DNA of 64,000 bases. It comes from Sedimentisphaerales bacterium. Its GTDB lineage: Bacteria > Planctomycetota > Phycisphaerae > Sedimentisphaerales > SM23-30. Location: assembly GCA_963663965.2 (NCBI GenBank), contig CAXXFK010000020.1, forward strand, positions 160,001 through 224,000. Reading direction: 5' to 3'. Below the pieces are notes generated by a model that did no database searches, was not told the DNA's origin, and saw nothing but the letters and a program-made list of their open reading frames with translations. The position numbers and the translations under genes are program-made. Positions 45,006 through 54,200 of this stretch are shown here, piece after piece; position 1 is the first letter of the stretch; every line of letters begins with the position of its first letter.

Positions 45006-47465
45006 ATGATCAGCATGTATAAAAAATCTTCATTACGGGATTATCTAATTATTGGTTTGACTCTCGTTTTTTGGGGTAGTTTGTGTAATCTTGCCTTCGG
45101 CGTCGACCCGCTCATACCAGTAGAAACCAGCGCCATCAAAGTCAACGGCTTCTGGTCAACCCAATATAACCGGCTCACCGAAAAATGGCTGCCCCATTGT
45201 ATCAAGGAAATGGAAGAGGGCGGCCGCGGCCGGGAACTGCTCAATCTGGTCAATACCGCCAAAGCGCTCAAGGGCGAATCCCACGGCAAATTTACCGGTC
45301 TGCCCTGGAGCGACGCCTATGTCTACAATACCGTCGAATCCATCTGTATGGCGCTGGCCATCGATCCGCAGGATGACGAAACCCTGAAAAAAGCCCAGGC
45401 GTTGCTGAGAACCAAACTCGAAGAATGGATTCCCATTATTCTGGCGGCGCAAATGGACAGCGGCTATATCCATTCCTACCACACCCTGAACGAACTGGAG
45501 CATTTCAGCAATATCGATGCCCACGAGTTTTACGTCATGGGCTATTTTCTGGAAATGGGCGTGGCGCATTACCGCATGACCAATGGTCAGGACCGGCGGC
45601 TTTATGACGCATCGAAGAAACTGGCCGATCATCTCTGCGCCACCTTTGGTCCGGAACCCAAACGCACCTGGAAAAACGGACACCCCGGCCTGGAATACGC
45701 CCTCTGCCGTCTGGGCCGGCTGGTCAATGAAGTCGATGGCCCCGGCAAAGGCAATGGGTATATCGACCTGGCCAAACATTTTCTGGACCATCAACACGAG
45801 ATCAAACCCAACCCTTACAACCAGTCGGAACGACCCGCTATCGAAATGGAACACGCCACCGGCCACGCCGTCCGGGCCACCTATTTTTATACCGCCATGG
45901 CGGATATGGCCTTATTGAAAAACGATCAGAACTATCTGCGCGCGGTGGACCGGCTCTGGTCCAACGCCATCCATCGCAAACATTACCTCACCGGCGGCGT
46001 GGGCGCGTCCCACAACGGCGAGGCATTCGCCGACGATTTTGACCTGCGCAACGATGGCTATTGCGAATCCTGCGCCAGTTGCGGTATGTCGTTCTGGGCG
46101 GATCGCATGCACCGGATCCATCACAGCGGCCACTATCAGGATGTGATCGAACGGGTGCTCTACAACAACGTGCTGGGCGCCCTGGAACTGTCCGGCGAAA
46201 ACTTTTTCTATCAGAACCCGCTCGCTTCCGACCGGTCACGCTACCCCTGGCACGCCTGCCCCTGCTGCGTGGGCAATATCCCCCGCGCCCTGCTGACCAT
46301 CAAGGATATCATGTACGCCACCAACGCCCAAAAAAACACCCTCTACCTCAACCAGTTTATGGATAGCGAGATGACCATCGGCGACATCGGCGGAACCTCA
46401 CTGCTGATCCGCCAGGAAACGGACTATCCCTGGCAGGGAACGGTTAAAATCAACCTGACCCCGGCGCGGCGCGCAACCTTTACCCTGAAACTGCGCGTAC
46501 CCGACCGGACCGAAAGCCAGCTATACACGGCAACACCCGATCTGAGCGGTGAATTTGAACTCAAAGTCAACGGCAAACGTCAACGCCTGACCGTGGAATA
46601 TGGCTACGTCAGCGTGCGGCGCGCGTGGCGCAAGGGCGACAAGGTGGAGTTGACCCTGCCCATGCCGGTCCAGCGGATTCATAGTGATGAACGGGTCATC
46701 GCCGATTTCGGGCGGGTGGCTATCATTCGCGGCCCACTCGTCTACAGCTTCGAACAGGTTGACCATCAGGCCGATGTCCGTAAACTGGTGATCGAGCCGG
46801 ATACCCCCTTAACGGCCCAATGGCAGCCGGAATTACTCGAAGGCGTCATGACCGTCACCGGCACAGCGACCATCCGGGAAGATGGCAAAGCACAGACCGT
46901 CCCTCTGATGGGCGTGCCGAACTATGCCCGGTTGAATCGGGGCGGCTATTCGCAGATCTGGATGCTGGAAGATCCCGATAAGGCCATTGACCCGGCCCTG
47001 CTGGCGGAGCAAAGCCGCAAAATCACACCCATCCCACGACCCGATCTCGAACCCCGGCAGATCGACCGGGTCATCGTCGCCGACTATCAATCGGAAAAAG
47101 CCCACAAACTCAAAGGCGAAAAGACCGACGCCGGCGAATTCAGCAACCGCGGCTGGCGCCATGCCGGCGGCGGGTGGTTCAGTTATCAGCTCAAAGTGGA
47201 TCCCCACACCGATAACGTTCTGCTGTGCAGCTTCTGGGGCAGCGATGTCGGCAACCGCGTTTTCGATATTGTTGTGGCGGACAGGGTCCTGGGCCAACTC
47301 AAACTCGACCGCAACAAACCCAATGAGTTCTTCGATGTCAGCTATCCGATCCCATCCGAATTGATCCAGGGCAAAGAAACCGTCGAGGTCCGCTTCGTCG
47401 CCGCCTCCCCCAACGCCACCGCCGGCGGCGTGTTCGATATCTGGATCTTACGCGAAAAGGAATAA
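45006..47465 (+). CDS. Secreted GH127 beta-L-arabinofuranosidase-like protein with C-terminal DUF6805-like domain
   Basis: HEFY, GHAVRA, GEAF, YCESCAS, CPCCVGN. Confidence 0.9.
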   Translation: MISMYKKSSLRDYLIIGLTLVFWGSLCNLAFGVDPLIPVETSAIKVNGFWSTQYNRLTEKWLPHCIKEMEEGGRGRELLNLVNTAKALKGESHGKFTGLPWSDAYVYNTVESICMALAIDPQDDETLKKAQALLRTKLEEWIPIILAAQMDSGYIHSYHTLNELEHFSNIDAHEFYVMGYFLEMGVAHYRMTNGQDRRLYDASKKLADHLCATFGPEPKRTWKNGHPGLEYALCRLGRLVNEVDGPGKGNGYIDLAKHFLDHQHEIKPNPYNQSERPAIEMEHATGHAVRATYFYTAMADMALLKNDQNYLRAVDRLWSNAIHRKHYLTGGVGASHNGEAFADDFDLRNDGYCESCASCGMSFWADRMHRIHHSGHYQDVIERVLYNNVLGALELSGENFFYQNPLASDRSRYPWHACPCCVGNIPRALLTIKDIMYATNAQKNTLYLNQFMDSEMTIGDIGGTSLLIRQETDYPWQGTVKINLTPARRATFTLKLRVPDRTESQLYTATPDLSGEFELKVNGKRQRLTVEYGYVSVRRAWRKGDKVELTLPMPVQRIHSDERVIADFGRVAIIRGPLVYSFEQVDHQADVRKLVIEPDTPLTAQWQPELLEGVMTVTGTATIREDGKAQTVPLMGVPNYARLNRGGYSQIWMLEDPDKAIDPALLAEQSRKITPIPRPDLEPRQIDRVIVADYQSEKAHKLKGEKTDAGEFSNRGWRHAGGGWFSYQLKVDPHTDNVLLCSFWGSDVGNRVFDIVVADRVLGQLKLDRNKPNEFFDVSYPIPSELIQGKETVEVRFVAASPNATAGGVFDIWILREKE

Positions 47466-47486
47466 TCCCCAACGGGCAAAACGACC

Positions 47487-48158
47487 ATGCGTAACCCGAT
47501 ACGGCGCAGCAAAAAAATTGGAATCACCCAGGGCGGCCGGGTAAAAGATGGCCGCCCTGATGAAAAATGGAGCCGGTTCCTCAGCGGCGATATCTGGCAG
47601 CAGCTTTCCCAGAATACCCCGGATAGCCAATGCCGCCTGCTAACCGAAAACCCATCGAAGAGATTCTACCATCCTTGCCAGGCAAAAGACTATCTATCCA
47701 TCCTGAACCGGCTGCCGGCCCATCTTGCCCAACCGGTAAAGGCCATCGTATTGCGCCGAATCCATAAACTGGACTATAAGCTTGGCATCGAAGCGCGCAT
47801 GCGCTTCTCCTGTGTCATCCTGAACGCGTTTCCCCGCTCCAACGAAATGACCTGGCCCGGGAAACCCACCGAGGCAACCCGCAGGCATTACGAACGCTGG
47901 TGTTCGAATTGGATTAATCAGGATGATCAGAAGTTCATACTGCGCTGGACTGATGAAGAAGTAAAACGCTATTATCTCTATCATCTATTCCTGCATGAAG
48001 TCGGCCACATCAATCAACCCTGGTCCATTAAACAACGGCAGCGTGAAGAATTCGCCGAAAACTTTGCACTGGAATGGGCCTCCAAACTGGGAAAACTGCA
48101 CAAAAATCTCAAATTTAAAATAGAATGCAAAGCCCAGAATATTCTCGCCATTTTCTGA
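47487..48158 (+). CDS. Hypothetical protein with HExxH zinc-metallopeptidase-like motif
   Basis: HLFLHEVGH...REEFAENFA. Confidence 0.6.
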   Translation: MRNPIRRSKKIGITQGGRVKDGRPDEKWSRFLSGDIWQQLSQNTPDSQCRLLTENPSKRFYHPCQAKDYLSILNRLPAHLAQPVKAIVLRRIHKLDYKLGIEARMRFSCVILNAFPRSNEMTWPGKPTEATRRHYERWCSNWINQDDQKFILRWTDEEVKRYYLYHLFLHEVGHINQPWSIKQRQREEFAENFALEWASKLGKLHKNLKFKIECKAQNILAIF

Positions 48159-48241
48159 AAGCTTTCAGAGTTTTTGTCCGTTTCTATATGTATACAAATA
48201 AATACACAATTTAACCTTATTTAAGAAACTGACTGGCTGTC

Positions 48242-51019
48242 ATGCAACATCAAAAAACACTTACCGGTATCGTTTTTTTTATTATTTATCTATTTGTATT
48301 AAGTTTGTCCAACTCGAGCCTGGCCCAGACCAATCTCATCCGCAACGGTAATTTCGAAGGCGGCTTGCTCTACTGGCATAATCAGGATAGTCTGGCAGTT
48401 GTCAAGGAAGGTAAGGTTGGCGATTACGCCCTCCGGATCAACAGCGGCTGGACACTCAGCGCTCCGTTTGTCGCCGAATCCGATGCGATTTATACCATTA
48501 GTCTATGGGCGCGAACGATAACTGGATCAGGTCGCATCAATATCGGCATGGCTCCCACAGCACGTGAAGTCGCGGTCAATGCCAGACGTATCTGGCATCA
48601 AGATGGCGGTAAAGAAGCAGAACTGACCACCGAGTGGAAACGGATTGCCGTTTCCTGGAAGGCGGATGTCCCCCAGAATGGATTCTGGCCGTACCCTCAC
48701 TACGGAATTGTCATTGATAACTCCAATCAGAATAAGGCGATTCTTGTTGATGGAGTTACCGTCATCAAAGGCGAAGACAAAATCGCGCCGGACTATATCC
48801 CGCGCCGCCCGGTGGAAGTGCTGGCCGATCCAACCAACCTGCCGGGCTGGGATGGAGCGAAGGGTAACCTCTATGAAAAAGGCGCTGTCGCCACTCTTAA
48901 CGGCTATGTTTCGAATCCGGGATCGACAAGCCAGACCGTGACTGCCCGCTGGCTATTGATGGATTATGAAGGCGTGAAAGCCTGGTCTGATCCGATTGAT
49001 GAAAAAATTACCCTTTCACCTGGCCAGACCCGGATAGTTCCGACTCAACTGCCTCTAACAGCAACCGGCACCGTGATCGCACGGCTATCTGCACTTGATT
49101 CAGCAGGACAGGTTATCGACGTTTCAGACCTGCCGCTGACCTCACTGGCCTATCCTGAGACCGCAACTCAAAATGATTATCGAGAACGGTTCGGCGGATC
49201 GTTTGCCGGCGCGGTCGGTTGTCTGGAAAAAATGCAGCGTATCGGATTCGGCTGGTGCCGGTGGTGGCCCGAGAATAAATGGCACAACTTCCAGCCGACC
49301 AAAGACACCTTCAACTGGCAGCAAGAAAAATTCGATGAGGCCTTCCACCGGGGGATTGCCTGCCATATTGTGCTGTATGGCGAACCCAAATGGGCCAATG
49401 ACGGCGCCAGCCCGTTACCCAACGACATGCGCTGGGCCGGCGACGATCCCCGCTGGAATGATGACACCATCGAAACGAGCTGGGATACTTATATTAAAAC
49501 CGCGGTACGCACATTTAAAGGTAAACCAGTAATCTTTCAGATCGCCAATGAACCGGGCCATGACAAACGCTGGCATGACATGAAGGAAGCGTATGTCCAG
49601 TTCAACCTGCGTACCGCCCGTTTAATCAAAATGACTGATCCCGACGCGAAAGTTTCGCTTAATAACGTCTATGGCAACCCCAGTCCCCCCAACGCGGCGC
49701 TGCTGGCTACCGGTCGATTACAAAACTTTGATGTGTGGTCGTGGCATGACTATCGGGCCGGCTGGCTGTTGGATGCCCAGGGCATCAGGCGCATGCGGCA
49801 AATGCTCGATGAAGCAGGCGGTAAACACATGCAAATCTGGTTCACCGAAGGCTGGATGTACACGAACACTCTAGTGGACCAACCGCCCGCCTGTACCCAC
49901 CTGGATAGTGTTCAGAGCGCCCATGCCGTCAGCAACAGTATTGCCGAAATCACCGCGATCGGCCATGACAAAGTAATCATGTTTCACCTGCTCTATGAAA
50001 CCCACGGCCAGAGCTTCTGGGATTACAGCGGGCCGGGCGTGATGTTGTGGGATTGGTACCAATATCCGCTGCCCACCCTGGCGGTCTGGAATTCACTCAA
50101 TTACCATATCGGCCTGAGTGATCGGGCCGGATTCGTCCGCCCCCCTGGCGCCAACCTATGTATCTTCCAGGACCTGCGCCATCACCGCGGCGTCATGATC
50201 GCCTACGCCGACCGTAACTCTAAACAGGACGCCGTAATCGAACTACCCATCCACAACCTGATGGCAGAAGACATAATGGGTAATCCTGTTACCATCGTTA
50301 AGAACCAGCTGATCCTTTCTAAAACTGAACGTCCAGTGGTTTTATATGCCACTGATGATACTACTGGTCGCGTTCTCTACCAGACCTGCGAGCCGCTTGA
50401 CCGGAAATACCTGGGCTTTGTCAGCAGCGATGCGGCCGGCCGAAAAATCTATCGCATTCCCGATATCTGGGAAGGTGAGCAGAAAAACACCGCAAAGGGC
50501 AATCCCGTCCATAACGACGGCCGGCCTGTCTGGCGGATCGACCGGCTCTATCCCAATGACCGGATCATGCCCAATCATTACACGCCGATGGTCTGGGGTA
50601 ATCAATGCTGGATAGCACCGGACCACACCCATGGCGGGCATCCCAGCGCTACGGTTAAAGATGGGATTATCCGATTCGGCGCCATGGGACCCTGGAATGG
50701 TAACGATACCAATTTTAAAAAGCAGGGCGCACTGGTCTTTATCGTACCTGACACCGGCCTCTATCATCTTCAGGCAACCGCCAGTTCTCAGCCATGGGGC
50801 GGATCACAAGGTATCGCTAATGTCTTTGTGATGAAACGCGATGAGCAGCGCGTAGGCGTGATCAAGCAATATGATTTACCCCCAGATAACTCTCCCGTCG
50901 CCATTGACATCGAAATCGATGCCGCCACTGGCCACGAACTGATCTTGCTGGTAGAAATGGCGCCGTATCATAACTCATCCAATATCAGTTTGAAGGATAT
51001 CGTAATAACCAGAGACTAA
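48242..51019 (+). CDS. Secreted carbohydrate-active protein (CBM4/9-like N-terminus, clan GH-A TIM barrel)
   Basis: Signal peptide, NLIRNGNFE, QIANEP acid/base and IWFTEG nucleophile-like motifs. Confidence 0.7.
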   Translation: MQHQKTLTGIVFFIIYLFVLSLSNSSLAQTNLIRNGNFEGGLLYWHNQDSLAVVKEGKVGDYALRINSGWTLSAPFVAESDAIYTISLWARTITGSGRINIGMAPTAREVAVNARRIWHQDGGKEAELTTEWKRIAVSWKADVPQNGFWPYPHYGIVIDNSNQNKAILVDGVTVIKGEDKIAPDYIPRRPVEVLADPTNLPGWDGAKGNLYEKGAVATLNGYVSNPGSTSQTVTARWLLMDYEGVKAWSDPIDEKITLSPGQTRIVPTQLPLTATGTVIARLSALDSAGQVIDVSDLPLTSLAYPETATQNDYRERFGGSFAGAVGCLEKMQRIGFGWCRWWPENKWHNFQPTKDTFNWQQEKFDEAFHRGIACHIVLYGEPKWANDGASPLPNDMRWAGDDPRWNDDTIETSWDTYIKTAVRTFKGKPVIFQIANEPGHDKRWHDMKEAYVQFNLRTARLIKMTDPDAKVSLNNVYGNPSPPNAALLATGRLQNFDVWSWHDYRAGWLLDAQGIRRMRQMLDEAGGKHMQIWFTEGWMYTNTLVDQPPACTHLDSVQSAHAVSNSIAEITAIGHDKVIMFHLLYETHGQSFWDYSGPGVMLWDWYQYPLPTLAVWNSLNYHIGLSDRAGFVRPPGANLCIFQDLRHHRGVMIAYADRNSKQDAVIELPIHNLMAEDIMGNPVTIVKNQLILSKTERPVVLYATDDTTGRVLYQTCEPLDRKYLGFVSSDAAGRKIYRIPDIWEGEQKNTAKGNPVHNDGRPVWRIDRLYPNDRIMPNHYTPMVWGNQCWIAPDHTHGGHPSATVKDGIIRFGAMGPWNGNDTNFKKQGALVFIVPDTGLYHLQATASSQPWGGSQGIANVFVMKRDEQRVGVIKQYDLPPDNSPVAIDIEIDAATGHELILLVEMAPYHNSSNISLKDIVITRD

Positions 51020-51183
51020 TCGATAAGATTATAACACCACCCCTTCCCCCTCAGCCACAATGTGTTTGATATTCTCTAACGCCCGACACATCTTAGGCCG
51101 ACCAGGCAACCGAACTACTTCATTCAATAGCGTAATTTTCAGCTGGCCCCCTGCGTCGTGCTTGGAAATAGAATCCGCACCTG

Positions 51184-51208
51184 ATAAATTAAGGGCACCT
51201 TAATTTAT
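51184..51208. repeat. Perfect palindrome between convergent genes (terminator or REP-like)
   Basis: ATAAATTAAGG-GCA-CCTTAATTTAT. Confidence 0.6.
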
Positions 51209-51249
51209 TTCGTAAAGATACCCTTTCTTAAAATAGTTATGATTCTATC

Positions 51250-54200
51250 CTACAACTCCATCTCCGGATTCAACTCCACCTCCACCATAAACGGTTGACT
51301 CTCGGCGCGGTTGTCCGGCTGATAATATTCATAGACCCGGGCCGGTTCGATGCGGGCCTTCACCGGGTATTTGGCCTTGAGCTGATAGTCAAATGTAAAG
51401 GGCTTGTCTGCCGGCAGCGCGCGCAGATACAGGATACACTGCGTCCCGGTTATTTCATATCGGGCCAGTTGACCGGCGGCCTGCAACAACTGGAACCCGG
51501 CCGGATCCACTCCGAATCCCGGCGGAATACCCAGATCGACAATCGCCATCGGCACCACACCCCCGGACAGATTACGCACCGTCACCGTACAGCCCAGCCG
51601 GTCATCCACTCCCAGCCGGGTCCGGTCATAACTCACCGCGATATCCAGCTGCCGGTCCGGCCCGGGCTCAACCAGAGTCCCCGGCTCACGATCCGGCACC
51701 CAGTACCCGCCGCTCAACCGATACGGAATACTGCCGCCGCGGCTGCTGATACGGATCGCGTTTTCGCCCGGCCGCAGGATCTCTGACAAATTGAGCGCCT
51801 GCACCAGGTCACTGTTGCGCGCGTCAATCACCGCCTGCCCGGCCGGCCGGCCATTCACCTGCACCTCCAGTTGAATGGTCTGATCCGAGCCCAGCGCCTG
51901 ACGCATCCCCATCATCAGCGCCTTCATGGTCAGTATCGTACTCTGGGTGGAATGCCAGGAGCCATAGCTATCCTTCTGCCGGGTCAGCCAGGTCAGCGCC
52001 TTGCGGACAATCTCACCGTGGCGGTTGCCCTTCATCAGGGCCATCGTCCCCAGCGCCGTTGTCTCGATATCCAGGCATATGCCGCGCGAATACATCATCC
52101 CGCAACCATCGCCGCTCAGGAGGGCCAGCTGACCCTCCTGCTCAAACCGATTCGCCAGCACATCCGCCAGCTGCCTGCCGGCAGTGTCATTGGGATTAGC
52201 CGCCAACAGCGCGTTGGCCGCCAGCGCCATCACATACGGCGACCGGACCTCACCGAGATGCTCCCTCAGATACGCCATCGCGCGCGCCACGCCCTCATGC
52301 TCGATACCCGCTTCAGCCAGGTTCCAGGCAATATAGGCGGTCGGGGCGACCGGGCCCATCCGCTGGACATCCACCAGGTGCACATCCCGGTCATCCGGCC
52401 AGGATCCATCCTCCCGCTGCTTGCCAAACAGCCAGGCGGCGGTGCGGTCGATGATCCGCTTGTCCACCGAATGCACCCTGGCCATATCCGAAAATTCCAT
52501 CACGCCATAAGCGCTCAGCATAATATTGGCCGGTGGATTGCCGAACCAGTCAAAGCCGCCGCCGGCCACCTCAAAGGTCAGCAGCCGCTGATAACCCGCG
52601 GCAATGAACTTGCGGGCCTTTGCCTCGATCTCCGGCGTCACCTGTTTGGTTTCCAGCATATATTGCAGAACCATGATATTCGGATAAGTAATCGAGCTGG
52701 TCTGCTCGAAGCAGCCATACGGCATCTGGAAAATAGCGTCCAGGCCCTCCATCACCTCGCTGAAGGTCGATGGATACAACGTCAGCTGCAACTGCTGCGA
52801 ATGGGCAATCGCCTCTTCCGCCAGGGTCAGCGTATGCCGGTTATCGCCCGTCAGCGAATCGCTCACCAGCCAGTTTACCTCGCGGCCGTCCGGCTTTACG
52901 CGCACCTCGCGCCGGATCGCGTCGCTCATCGCCTGGCCCTGCGCCAGTACCATCAGCGGATGCGTGCCCACCTCAACCGCCTTGATCCGGAACGAGACCG
53001 ACAACACCTCATTCGGCTGGAGTGTCAGCTGCTTGCGCGATTGATCCAACACCTCGCACCACGAATCCACCTGCAAAGCCAGCTCCACTGTCTGCTCACG
53101 ATTCAAATAGTTATAACAGACCACCGGCAGGGTAATCTCATCGTTGCGCGTCAAAGCCACCGGCAAATCCAGGTCCACAAAGAAATCCTGGAACACCTTC
53201 AAACCCAGTTCGCAACTGCCCAGTTGCCCACCGGCCGAAACCGCGTCGATATTCATCCGCCAGGTAGTAATTGAATCGGCCGCCGTCAACTCGATCCGGG
53301 CCCGGCCGCCATCATCCGTGATCACCTGCGGCTGCCACAACAGTGTCTCAGGAAAATAATGGCGTACACGGGGGGGGGCGCTACTCTGACCTGTCATAGA
53401 CTCTGAAAACAATGAAGGATTATCATTTCTGACCATCTCGATGGCACTATCGGCCGCTTGCATGGCACTTGCCGCGACCATTTCTTTCGCCCTGATCCTT
53501 GATCTACCTAAAGCCGGCATAAATAATGATGAAACAAATAAAGATAAAAATAAAATAAGTACAATTTTCAAAATCAAATATCGAATTTGTATGATTGCAC
53601 TGAAAAACAGAATCAGCATACCGATGATTGTCCCTATAATCAAAAGTCTGAAAAAGGTATTCTTAAATATCTTCTCCATCGAACCTGACTTTTTCTGGTT
53701 ATCATATCGATTAGCATAAGAAATTGAATACATCGGTTTATCAGGTTTGAGAATCTTCATAATCTCTTGATATCTGGGTTGATTTAAAATTTCACTAAAA
53801 CCGGGATTATCGATATATTTTTGAATATTTTCCAGAATATGTGGATCAATATATTCTTTGAGCTCCTTTAAAATCTGAGCGTTTCGCAATGAATCCACTG
53901 CATTTTTTTCCCGAATCGAAAACAGCGCCATCGCCAGCGTCTGATAGCGTTCATCACCACCCAGCAGTTGCGCCGGCGATACTGCAAACTTGATCTGATA
54001 GGCCGGCTGCAGCATCTCCTCATCGATCGCGAAAAACTGCTCCATCAATCCCGGCCGGTTCTCGCCCACGTAAAAGACTGCCTCATCCACCGCGCACACC
54101 CCCAGCGCCGCCGGGACCGATTGCCGGTACCGGTCTGTCACCTGCAAATCAATTGTCACCGGATCACCCGGCCGGTAAACCGGCTTGTCAGGCCGCGCGT

